Origin: a virus
IMG/VR virus record: IMGVR_UViG_3300045988_056140
Length of the DNA stretch: 40,003 nucleotides
Direction: 5' to 3' (one strand)
This document shows positions 6,885 through 15,291 of this stretch, in pieces. The notes under the pieces were generated by a model that was given only the letters and a program-made list of their open reading frames with translations, did not search any database and had not been told where the DNA came from. Each line of letters opens with the position of its first letter. Position 1 is the stretch's first letter. The position numbers and the translations under genes are program-made.

Positions 6885-8537
6885 TTGTATTATCAACCGA
6901 AGATAGATTTCAAGCCCGAAGAAGTCATTGACTATTTAAGAAAGTCCCGGTCAGATGATCCGCTGCTGACCGTTGAAGAAGTGCTGTCAAAACATGAATC
7001 CATGCTGGACGAATGGGCTGAAAAGCACCTCGGCGCTGTCGTACCGGAAGAAAATAAATACAGGGAAGTTGTGTCCGGCGAGACCATAGCAGAGCGCCCG
7101 GAGATCAACCGCGTTCTGCGCCTTATCGAATCGCCGCGATACAAGGCTGTGGCTGTGGTAGAGCCACAGCGTTTAACCCGTGGTGACTTAGAGGACATAG
7201 GCCGATTGATGAAGCTGTTGAAGCACACCAACACCATTGTCATCACACCGCAGCGCATTTATGACTTGCGTGATGAATACGATTGGGACGCTTTTGAAAG
7301 GGAACTGAAGCGCGGAAATGACTACCTTGAATATACGAAGAAGATTTTGAATCGTGGCCGTTTGCTGTCCGTCAGCCAAGGAAACTATGTCGGGAATACT
7401 GCGCCATACGGCTATGACAAAACCTTTGTCACAGAAGGAAAGCGCAAGTGTCCTATCCTCGTTCCGAATAAAGAGGAAGCAGACGTTGTGCGCATGATGT
7501 TTGATTTGTACGTCAATAAAGACATGGGCTGTACAACCATCTGCAAGAAGTTTGATGAAATGGGCATTAAGCCGCCGAAAGGTGAACATTGGTCTACGGC
7601 AGCAATGACAAAAATGCTTGAAAACATTCACTATATTGGAAAAGTGAAATGGAACCACCGGAAAACGCTGACCATAGTTGAAGAAGGGGAGTTCAAGAAA
7701 ACAAGGCCAGTTGCAAAAGTGGGCGAATATCTGATCTACGATGGGAAGCATGAAGCTATTGTCTCTGAAGAACTTTTCAATGCCGCGCAAGCGAAAAAAG
7801 GAAGAAACACCCGCCAGAAACGAAACACGAAAATCAGAAACCCGTTTGCTGGCCTGATTTGGTGCAAGTGTGGACGCGCAATGTCTTTGCGGACATATAA
7901 AAACCGGGATGCAGAACCGCGCCTTCTGTGTGATGGACAAACGTACTGCAAAACCGGCTCCTGCACATACGCTGATATAGAACAGCGTGTAAGCACAATC
8001 CTTGCCGATTGTATCAGGGATTTTCAGGTCAGATTGAAAAACAATGAGGGTGATTCCGTCAAGCTGCATATGCGTCTTATCAACAATCTGGAAGCCAAGC
8101 AGAAAGAGCTTGAAGCAAAGGAACTGGCTCAATGGGAAGCGCAAGCCGATCCTGATCCGGCAAAGCGGATGCCGCAGCATATCTTCCAACAGCTCAACGA
8201 AAGGCTTTTGAGGGAGAAGGAAGAAGTCAGACAGGCACTTTGCAAGGCTTACGAATCCATGCCTGAACCTGTTGATTATGCAGAAAAGATAAAACTGTTC
8301 ACTGAAGCGCTCAATGCGCTGCACAATCCAGATATGGACGCGCAAACAAAAAACAGGCTCCTGAAAGCCTGTATCGAACGCATTGAATATCATAGGGATG
8401 CACCGCAGAGAATACGCAGTCAGCAGGTACGCTATTACGACAAGGAACAGAAGCGCACTCGCAACAAGTCACCTCTAAACACCGGGGGAAACTGGACTTC
8501 GCCTGAGATCGTTCTTGATGTTAAACTAAGGGTGTGA
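6885..8537 (+). CDS. int: Large serine recombinase (phage integrase)
   Basis: 550 aa. Resolvase-type catalytic N-terminus (YLRKSRSDD), recombinase domain, zinc ribbon (CKCGRAMSLR...LLCDGQTYCKTGSC) and a C-terminal coiled coil. TTG at 6885 is the only in-frame start after the upstream stop at 6861. Confidence 0.9.
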   Translation: MYYQPKIDFKPEEVIDYLRKSRSDDPLLTVEEVLSKHESMLDEWAEKHLGAVVPEENKYREVVSGETIAERPEINRVLRLIESPRYKAVAVVEPQRLTRGDLEDIGRLMKLLKHTNTIVITPQRIYDLRDEYDWDAFERELKRGNDYLEYTKKILNRGRLLSVSQGNYVGNTAPYGYDKTFVTEGKRKCPILVPNKEEADVVRMMFDLYVNKDMGCTTICKKFDEMGIKPPKGEHWSTAAMTKMLENIHYIGKVKWNHRKTLTIVEEGEFKKTRPVAKVGEYLIYDGKHEAIVSEELFNAAQAKKGRNTRQKRNTKIRNPFAGLIWCKCGRAMSLRTYKNRDAEPRLLCDGQTYCKTGSCTYADIEQRVSTILADCIRDFQVRLKNNEGDSVKLHMRLINNLEAKQKELEAKELAQWEAQADPDPAKRMPQHIFQQLNERLLREKEEVRQALCKAYESMPEPVDYAEKIKLFTEALNALHNPDMDAQTKNRLLKACIERIEYHRDAPQRIRSQQVRYYDKEQKRTRNKSPLNTGGNWTSPEIVLDVKLRV

Positions 8538-8556
8538 TTTTTTGCACCAACCATTT

Positions 8557-8596
8557 CCATCAGTTGTGCGCCTATACAGCAGAGCATGACTGATGG
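8557..8596. other. Candidate attP core (imperfect palindrome CCATCAGT-N24-ACTGATGG)
   Basis: Perfect 8-bp inverted repeats at 8557-8564 and 8589-8596 with partly symmetric flanks, 20 nt downstream of the integrase stop. Confidence 0.3.
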
Positions 8597-8655
8597 ATAT
8601 AGCTAAACCAAACCGGAAAAAGCCTTATATATCAACGGAAAGGAAGATCGAAATG

Positions 8656-8811
8656 AATACATTAGGATTGCTTGAAACGCTGTTGGTTGCCAATATGATA
8701 ACTGCGGAGGAATACAAAGAAAGAAAAGCGGTGTATGTTGAAGCGCTGCTCGAACTGTACTGTTTGGGGATTATAACACAAGAACAGATGAATGAAAAGC
8801 TGAATAATTGA
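8656..8811 (+). CDS. Small SHOCT-like protein (51 aa)
   Basis: MNTLGLLETLLVANMITAEEYKERKAVYVEALLELYCLGIITQEQMNEKLNN, two L..L...G.IT.EEY-like repeats. GGAAAGGAAG RBS before ATG 8656. The track start 8593 is less likely. Confidence 0.45.
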   Translation, partial: NTLGLLETLLVANMITAEEYKERKAVYVEALLELYCLGIITQEQMNEKLNN

Positions 8812-8823
8812 AGCCGGAATCGG

Positions 8824-8855
8824 GAACCGGTGGCGCTTTGTCACCGGTTCTTTTT
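8824..8855 (+). terminator. Rho-independent terminator
   Basis: GAACCGGTG (8824-8832) pairs with CACCGGTTC (8842-8850), followed by TTTTT. Confidence 0.7.
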
Positions 8856-8931
8856 ATGTGCCGAAATAACCAAACACTTTTCACATTTTTTGTGAGGGAA
8901 AACGAAAATTTGGCATTATTCAAGAATTACA

Positions 8932-8965
8932 TTGATTTTCTGCCTTTCCAGAATTATCATATAAT
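8932..8965 (+). promoter_or_regulatory. Putative promoter of the zinc-ribbon moron
   Basis: TTGATT (8932-8937), 17-nt spacer, TATCAT (8955-8960), with an overlapping TATAAT at 8960-8965. Confidence 0.4.
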
Positions 8966-8991
8966 CACTTTAGAATAAAAGGAGATTTGCT

Positions 8992-9240
8992 ATGATTTGC
9001 CCAAAATGCGGAAGCGAAAATGTCACTATCTCGATGCAGCAGGTGGCAGGGAAAACCAAAAAGCACGGTGTTGGATTTGGCGGCCACATGAACAATGCGG
9101 CCAGAGGGCTGACCGCTGTTTGCACACTGGGTATGTCAAACTTGGTATGGAAAAAGTCAAAGGGAACGGAAAAGACAAAGTTTGAAAACCAGAAGGTTTG
9201 CCTTTGCCAGAACTGCGGCAGTTCGTGGACAATCGAATAA
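8992..9240 (+). CDS. Zinc-ribbon protein, moron-like (own promoter and terminator)
   Basis: 82 aa, CPKCGS...CQNCGSS flanking a hydrophobic core GLTAVCTLGMSNLVW. AAAAGGAG RBS. Confidence 0.7.
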   Translation: MICPKCGSENVTISMQQVAGKTKKHGVGFGGHMNNAARGLTAVCTLGMSNLVWKKSKGTEKTKFENQKVCLCQNCGSSWTIE

Positions 9241-9257
9241 ATCAGCATAAAAAAAGA

Positions 9258-9281
9258 GGGGAAGGCCGTGAAGCCTTCCCC
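9258..9281. terminator. Bidirectional terminator between convergent genes
   Basis: GGGGAAGGC (9258-9266) pairs with GCCTTCCCC (9273-9281). An A-run lies upstream and a T-rich tract downstream. Confidence 0.75.
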
Positions 9282-9285
9282 TTTC

Positions 9286-11064
9286 TTATGTGATGAATGA
9301 AATGTCGATTGGCAGCCATGTGTTGTTTGGAGCGTCAGCCCATGCAGAGCCGTTTCTATACCGGGCGAAACGCACAAGCCCCGCAGCAGTAACGGTGCAA
9401 AGCCAAATTGCCGTTCCGCTGCCCTGACAAATGAAATTGCCCTGTATTTCCGGCCTGTACCCATCCGGCAGTGTTGTGATGGTCACATTGTCCGTGCCGC
9501 CCGTCAAGGTTGCCTTCGGCGTGACAACGCCCTTCAAATAGACAACGCCGCCGACCTTTCTATATCGCAATGTGTTTCCAGCGTTTGCGGCGTATGTTTC
9601 AAAGTCGCTTGTGAGCTTTGCCGTTATCCATCCGGGATTTGCTGTTATCTCATACCCGTTGCGGAAGATGACCGGAAGGCCAAATTCAATGCCTTCCGCA
9701 AGCTCTGACACCTTGCCAAAGGCAAGGCCGCGCCCGGAAGCATTGAAGTCCAGCAGCGTGAAGGCCGTGGGTATCTCCACGGTTTTCCTGATTGTGGTGA
9801 AATAATCTGTCACCGATAGCCTGACATCATAGGCAGAATCAACATTCAAGTCGGCGGCGGTTATCAGCGTGGTTGACAGGGTGTACCCTGTGCCCTCTTT
9901 CAGCTTTATCCATGTGCTTGATGCCCTTGCTTTATATTCCAAAACATATTTGCTTGTGTTTTGATTTGAGACGGGGGAGATATTGAATCCAAAGCCAATT
10001 TTGCCGTGCGTACCGTCATAGTTTTCCGTACCGTCTGCCAAGCATCGCACAGCAGATACGCCACGGATGACCGGTGCGGCGTATGCAATGACCGTCAGCG
10101 TTTTGGTTGTCTTGGCTGTGCGTCCTCTGCTGTCTGTGACGGTGACTGTCACGGCCTTTGTTCCGCTGGACAGTGTGCCGGTGATGGGAGCTGCCCCGGA
10201 ATAAGTCTTTCCGTCCACGGTGGTCTTGTACGCCTTGATGGTGGAGCCGTAAGCCCCAGCCGCCACAATGCCGATCTTGACCTTCGATTTTCCCTGCACA
10301 AATGCGCCAAAATTCGCGGCAAGGCCGGAAACCGTTTCCGTCATGGAAACGGCTGAAATGGTAGGTACAACAGCAGCCGGGACGCTGGCCTTGAAGGAAA
10401 CCGTCTTTGTGCCTATCAGCGTACTGCCGTTGTAGGTCTTACAGGTGATGGTGCAAGTGCCGGATGTTCCGGAAGGAATCTGACTTGCAAGGGAAAGCGG
10501 AACATCCCACGCTTTGCTCGTTCCAAGGCCGCTGCCAATAGTCCCGGTTGCGTTGCCGAACTTAAACGTCAGCGTGTGCGTGAAGGCGCTTGCCGCCCTC
10601 GGCATATTGATTGTGATACTTGATCCCATGTTGACGCTGCTTGCTGACAGCGTGGGCGTGGTTGCCCGTGGGATCGTGTCAAATGTGCCGCTGCCGGTTG
10701 CCGTAACATCGCCATAGTATGTGCCGCCCAGCGTGACCTTGATCCCGATGGTAGACGCAAAAGCACAAGCCTTGCTTCCGTCTGCGTTATGTGCTACGGT
10801 AACGGTTTTTGTGAATAGCGTTTTCGTCTGATTGCCGGACAGCGCCGCAGAAAACGAAAATGTGTATTTCGTCCCGTTGATGGTCAGACTGCCGCTTTTG
10901 CTTGCGCTGCTGTTGATGGTGTAGCTTGCGCCGGTGGAAACAAGCTGCACCTTGACCGTGACACTGGATGTGTTGTTTGCCACGGACTGACTGCCAACTG
11001 TCCAAACGATTTTCATTTGATAGCCTGTCCGGATCGCCTTTGTGATCGTTCCTGTTTTCGCCAT
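9286..11064 (-). CDS. Receptor-binding/tail fibre protein A (DUF859-like core, beta-rich C-terminal head)
   Basis: About 592 aa, last gene of the tail operon. It shares the core IPRAT.P...PRA.S.FTHTLT...GSTLIGT...TDSRG with the paralog at 13353-15287. Start at ATG 11064 (AAGGTGGG RBS). The track start is GTG 11073. Confidence 0.75.
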   Translation of the reverse strand: MAKTGTITKAIRTGYQMKIVWTVGSQSVANNTSSVTVKVQLVSTGASYTINSSASKSGSLTINGTKYTFSFSAALSGNQTKTLFTKTVTVAHNADGSKACAFASTIGIKVTLGGTYYGDVTATGSGTFDTIPRATTPTLSASSVNMGSSITINMPRAASAFTHTLTFKFGNATGTIGSGLGTSKAWDVPLSLASQIPSGTSGTCTITCKTYNGSTLIGTKTVSFKASVPAAVVPTISAVSMTETVSGLAANFGAFVQGKSKVKIGIVAAGAYGSTIKAYKTTVDGKTYSGAAPITGTLSSGTKAVTVTVTDSRGRTAKTTKTLTVIAYAAPVIRGVSAVRCLADGTENYDGTHGKIGFGFNISPVSNQNTSKYVLEYKARASSTWIKLKEGTGYTLSTTLITAADLNVDSAYDVRLSVTDYFTTIRKTVEIPTAFTLLDFNASGRGLAFGKVSELAEGIEFGLPVIFRNGYEITANPGWITAKLTSDFETYAANAGNTLRYRKVGGVVYLKGVVTPKATLTGGTDNVTITTLPDGYRPEIQGNFICQGSGTAIWLCTVTAAGLVRFARYRNGSAWADAPNNTWLPIDISFIT

Positions 11065-11065
11065 A

Positions 11066-12676
11066 TCAACCACCCACCTTCTTGAAGCTCAAATTGTTAT
11101 TTGCCCTTGGAATAAAAGCAAAGTTCCCAAGCTGAAGGGAATGGAGAAAATGGCCGTCTGTCACATACAGCTTATTGTCTGAGAAATAAGCCACTTCAAC
11201 AGCGTCCTGAAGGAAAGATATGCGGTCATTGCTGATCTTCAATTCCAGCTCATTTCCGACCTGTCCCAGCAGAATTGAGCCGTCCACAAATCGGATGTAT
11301 TTGCGGATTTCTTCAAACTCTGCATCTGCACCCGCTGCCACAGCATCAATGTCAGCGCTGAATTGATTGAACTGGATTTCCACGCTTTCCTTCGTCTGCT
11401 CGATCTCCGTACTGACAGAGGAAACAAGCGCGTCCGTCTGATCCTTCAGGTAGTAGTTTTCAGCTACAACGGATTTGATGTTTTCCTCTGACACCTGCAA
11501 GGATGCAAGCAAATTCTGCTCCACGTTGTAAATGGCCGTAGAAGCCGTTTTGGACGCATTTTCTATTTGCAGTATAATTTCACTCTGCGCCCCGGAAATG
11601 CCTGCCAGTGCCCCGGAAATGCCCAAAAACACCCCGCCAAGCGTCAGTTTGTTTGCTCCCGGTTCCAGCAGCTTCAAAGACAGCTTTGAAACAAGGAAAT
11701 TCTGATCTATTCCGTGGGGCGTGCTTTCCACCTTGACATAAGTTCCAAGGTGAAAGCTGCTGAAGGAAGCATTCACGGTGGCCAGGTCAGCCGCCGTCAG
11801 GTCAATGGTTTCAGACTGGTTGACAAGATTGGCCAAATGTGCATTGGCTTTGGTCAGCAGGTTTGCCGCTTCTGTAACATCGTCCCATGTGTGCGTTGCG
11901 AAAATAAGGCCGTACTTGTCAGCGGATTCTTCGTCAACGATATAATCAAGGCCATCATTGACAGAAGCGATTGTCAGGCGGTTGTCTGTGTCTTTACCTT
12001 CATCGTCCTTCAGCTTTGCGCCCAGCGGGATCAGCGCCGTTGCAATGTCCGTGCCTTTCCTGATCCGCTTTAGGTCAAGCAGATTCTTCCCGAAGGTGAT
12101 CTTCTGCGGAGAAAGCAGCGTGAAGTCTTGCAGATAGTCAATATAGTTGATATAGCCTTCATGCCGGATGACGATATAGCCGCCCAGCAGGTCAATCAGC
12201 TTCTTTTGCAGCTCTGTCCATGTATCAACATAGTCGATGTTTGACCGGACGATATAATCATTCGGATCAGTGACTGTGACATTTCCAACGGTGAACCATT
12301 TCGATTCCTCTACCTGCGCATTGTGGTTATCTATCAGCAGGTTAAGAAAACCGGCCACCGTCCCGGAATAGTCGTATGGCCTTTGAATGCTGTCCAAAAG
12401 GAAGGCAAGCTCACCCTCACAGGCAATGCGCTTTTCGTTGTGGAAGCCGATTTCATCATCAAGCACACGCCCACGGAATATCAAATAGTCATCTTGATAA
12501 ACCGTGATGATCGACCGCAGCTTTTTTATGGCGTTGTACTGTGGATGATCGGGATAAACTGTGAATAAGAAGCTGCCGGTCTTGTTCAACTCCAATTCCA
12601 CGGAAGGACTGAATATTTTCAGGCTTTCCAGGTTGCTGTTATACAGCGTCAGGCCGTCGCAATATACCCTGTACAT
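11066..12676 (-). CDS. Tail-associated protein Tal-A (prophage tail endopeptidase-type N-domain plus coiled-coil extension)
   Basis: 536 aa, MYRVYCDGLTLYNSNLESLKIF...FRGRVLDDE.... It follows Dit-A with a 1-nt gap. Homologous to 15292-17460 at both N- and C-termini. Confidence 0.8.
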   Translation of the reverse strand: MYRVYCDGLTLYNSNLESLKIFSPSVELELNKTGSFLFTVYPDHPQYNAIKKLRSIITVYQDDYLIFRGRVLDDEIGFHNEKRIACEGELAFLLDSIQRPYDYSGTVAGFLNLLIDNHNAQVEESKWFTVGNVTVTDPNDYIVRSNIDYVDTWTELQKKLIDLLGGYIVIRHEGYINYIDYLQDFTLLSPQKITFGKNLLDLKRIRKGTDIATALIPLGAKLKDDEGKDTDNRLTIASVNDGLDYIVDEESADKYGLIFATHTWDDVTEAANLLTKANAHLANLVNQSETIDLTAADLATVNASFSSFHLGTYVKVESTPHGIDQNFLVSKLSLKLLEPGANKLTLGGVFLGISGALAGISGAQSEIILQIENASKTASTAIYNVEQNLLASLQVSEENIKSVVAENYYLKDQTDALVSSVSTEIEQTKESVEIQFNQFSADIDAVAAGADAEFEEIRKYIRFVDGSILLGQVGNELELKISNDRISFLQDAVEVAYFSDNKLYVTDGHFLHSLQLGNFAFIPRANNNLSFKKVGG

Positions 12677-12677
12677 A

Positions 12678-13325
12678 TCACAACCCCGCTTCCTGATAAG
12701 AAAAGGAAATGGTTCCTTCTCCCGTCACGGAAACGCTATTGTTTCCGGCCTTCAATTCCAGTTCTGGAAGGGTATAGCTGCCGCTGCCCAAATCCCAAAT
12801 ATTGTATGTGTCGTATACAATGTGCAGAGGGTTTTCGGCGTTAATCACCACTTCCGGCACAACACGCTTGCGGAGATTGGGCAGGGAAAGGGTGCTTTCG
12901 CCGCTGACGGCCTGCGTGATAACCGTTTTTGCCGCTTTGTACTTCCACGGCTCACAATCACAATCCACGCCAATTTTTCCGATGTTCTTTTCGCTGGTAA
13001 ACGCAGATACAAAGCACCTTCCGACATAGTAAAAAAGCGGATCATCATCAATGACGATCCGCATTTTTTTACCATGTATTGCGTTTTTGATGGTTGAAAA
13101 CAGTGTAAGGAATTCACTTTGTGGCACGATGGTTGAAAACTGAAATTTGTGGGTGCAGTCCTCATATTTCGGCTCACCAAAATAATCCGTCAGATCAATA
13201 GACCCGTCTGCACCTTCCACATCAATTTTCACTGCCTTTGTTTTCGGGGCTGCAATCTCTTTTGAAGTCAGTATCAAGCTAAAATCATCATAGCTGTGAT
13301 ATGTTCCAAAAGTGACCCCTTTCAT
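12678..13325 (-). CDS. Distal tail protein Dit-A
   Basis: 215 aa, Sipho_tail-like: MKGVTFGTYHSYDDFSLILTSKEI...DVEGADGSIDLTDYFGEPKY...CDCEPWKYK. Confidence 0.8.
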   Translation of the reverse strand: MKGVTFGTYHSYDDFSLILTSKEIAAPKTKAVKIDVEGADGSIDLTDYFGEPKYEDCTHKFQFSTIVPQSEFLTLFSTIKNAIHGKKMRIVIDDDPLFYYVGRCFVSAFTSEKNIGKIGVDCDCEPWKYKAAKTVITQAVSGESTLSLPNLRKRVVPEVVINAENPLHIVYDTYNIWDLGSGSYTLPELELKAGNNSVSVTGEGTISFSYQEAGL

Positions 13326-13352
13326 TTTGCACCGCCTTTCTTGATTTGATTT

Positions 13353-15287
13353 TTATGCCGTTCGTTTCCAAGTGTAAACCGCCAGATACGGCGGCATGTT
13401 GTTGTGGGGATTTCCTCCGCCTTTTAGTGTTCCTGCCGGATACATTTCCCCTCCGTTCCAATCTTTCCACCCTCTATTAAAATTGCCCGTTGATGCAAAA
13501 GCGTTCTTACCTAAATACAACGTATTACTACGGTAACTGCTATCATTTGATGCATTATCAGCCAGTTCTTGGTACATTCTTCCTTGCATCAAGTGATTTC
13601 CGTGGCTTGGCATCTCTCCTACTGTAAGCGTGTGCTTTTCCTCGCCGCCGGTGCTGCCCGCCGCATGCTTCGCGCCCGCCGCCAGTAAAAACACGTCCTC
13701 CAGCCGCTCCCACGTCCCGCCGAAAAGCTCTGCGGGGCTGGTCGGATCAGCCGAAATGTAAACTTTACCCACAGGCAGAAAAATGTCCACCAACGCGGCT
13801 TTAAGGGTTGTCAAATCGCCCACAAACAAATCTCCGTCTATCCTGACATTTTTTTCAAAATTTGAGTCCCATGCAACGTCAAGCCGTTTTTCCGTGCCCA
13901 CATGGGCGCGGCGGCCAACGCCCACGGAGTTTCCGCCCTCTCCCAAGTCTACAGTTGCCTCGGATGTGGGTACAGCAAAAGACAGCGTTCCGCCGGATTC
14001 GCCCAGCTTGTCTACCGCCCGCAGCTCAATGGTATACGGGGATTCCACCGCCAGCGTTATCCCCGCAATGATACCGGCATAGTTATCTCCGCTTGCGCTT
14101 TCGGCAAAAAACGTGACCCAAGCAGACCATTCGCCAGATTCCGCTTTGTATCTGGCTTGCACGGATGCGGCGTTGTTGCCGTCCAATCTGGAGTACTTGC
14201 GGCTGCAAGCCACATAAAGCGCTGTGCCGTCATCGTCCAGTGTGCCATCAGCAAGAGCACGGGCGCAAACAAGAGCGTCTGCGGTGGTATTGCGCTCCAC
14301 AGAGGGCGGCGTGTAAGCCAACACCGTGATAGAGGCGCTGGCCGTGCCGATGATGCCTCGGCTGTCGGTGGCCGTGCCGGTGATTGGCAGCGTTCCAGGC
14401 GTCGCCAGAATCTCCGTGGTGGGTGCCTGCCCTGTGTAGGTCTGCCCGTCCACTGTTGCGGCATAGGATTTGATGGTTGCGCCATATTTGCCGCTGGCGG
14501 TGTGGGTGATCTTGGCCTTGGTGCGCCCTTGGATGTACAGCCCATTAAACGGCGCCGCCAAAGAGCTGACGGGCGACACGGCGAGGGTGTCGCTGGGCTG
14601 CGTGGTGCTGTTGCTGGGCACCGTGGCAGTAAATGTGACCGCCTGTGTGCCTATGAGGGTGCTGCCGCTGTAGGACTTGCATGTCAGCGTACCCGTGCCG
14701 GTGGCGCTGTTGGGGATCTGCGCGGCAAGGTCATAGGGCACCGCCCATTGCGCTTCTGCGCCCGCGCCCTCGGCAATGGTGCCGGAGGCTAAGCCGAAAG
14801 TATAGGTCAGCGTGTGGGTAAAACTCGACACCGCACGGGGCAGGCCGATGGGCACGGTTTGCCCCATGACCACCGCGCCAATTACCGGCACGGTAGCGCG
14901 GGGGATGGTGGGCAGCGCAAAGCTCTGCGCCGCCGCCGTGGCCGTCAGATAGCCGCTGTCCTTCCACACCTGCCCGCTGAAGGCCGCCACCGTGAAGGTC
15001 TTGCTGCCGTCCGAATCGTGGGCGATGGTCAGGGTGCCGGAAGCGAGGGTGCGTTCCTTGTAGTCGGTGATGTTGGAGTACGTCCCACCGGCGTACACCG
15101 TCACGCCATTGATGGCAACGGCGGACATTTTTACAGCGTTGGAATAGAACTGATGCCCAGGTGTAATGCCGCACGACCAGCTGATGGTGGATTTATTGCC
15201 GGCAATATCCTGACCGGCCAGCTCCCATTTCACCCAGAAATAGGAGTCATATACTGTGGTTGTTTTTACGATACCGATAGATGCCAT
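13353..15287 (-). CDS. Receptor-binding/tail fibre protein B (DUF859-like core plus tail-collar-like C-terminus)
   Basis: 644 aa with the same core motifs as RBP-A. The C-terminus HTLTVGEMPSHGNH...GGGNPHNNMPPYLAVYTWKRT resembles the phage tail-collar domain. Confidence 0.78.
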   Translation of the reverse strand: MASIGIVKTTTVYDSYFWVKWELAGQDIAGNKSTISWSCGITPGHQFYSNAVKMSAVAINGVTVYAGGTYSNITDYKERTLASGTLTIAHDSDGSKTFTVAAFSGQVWKDSGYLTATAAAQSFALPTIPRATVPVIGAVVMGQTVPIGLPRAVSSFTHTLTYTFGLASGTIAEGAGAEAQWAVPYDLAAQIPNSATGTGTLTCKSYSGSTLIGTQAVTFTATVPSNSTTQPSDTLAVSPVSSLAAPFNGLYIQGRTKAKITHTASGKYGATIKSYAATVDGQTYTGQAPTTEILATPGTLPITGTATDSRGIIGTASASITVLAYTPPSVERNTTADALVCARALADGTLDDDGTALYVACSRKYSRLDGNNAASVQARYKAESGEWSAWVTFFAESASGDNYAGIIAGITLAVESPYTIELRAVDKLGESGGTLSFAVPTSEATVDLGEGGNSVGVGRRAHVGTEKRLDVAWDSNFEKNVRIDGDLFVGDLTTLKAALVDIFLPVGKVYISADPTSPAELFGGTWERLEDVFLLAAGAKHAAGSTGGEEKHTLTVGEMPSHGNHLMQGRMYQELADNASNDSSYRSNTLYLGKNAFASTGNFNRGWKDWNGGEMYPAGTLKGGGNPHNNMPPYLAVYTWKRTA

Positions 15288-15291
15288 GTTA

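Noticed and set aside
7188-8393. 401-aa ORF antisense to the integrase gene
   Set aside because: It lies entirely inside the well-supported serine recombinase CDS. Its composition is F/L/C/R-rich, the mirror image of a K/E-rich gene, and it has no RBS or family motif.
13902-14792. 296-aa and other long plus-strand ORFs (for example 14814-15311 and 14057-14545 alternative frames) inside RBP-B
   Set aside because: These are typical stop-poor shadow frames of GC-rich coding DNA. The RBP-B frame has clear homology to RBP-A, and the shadow frames give Arg/Gly/Ala-rich nonsense.
9286-15287. Diversity-generating retroelement acting on the tail-fibre genes
   Set aside because: No reverse-transcriptase ORF exists anywhere on the circle. 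I saw no near-identical template/variable repeat pair. The two RBPs are diverged paralogs throughout, not adenine-specific variants.
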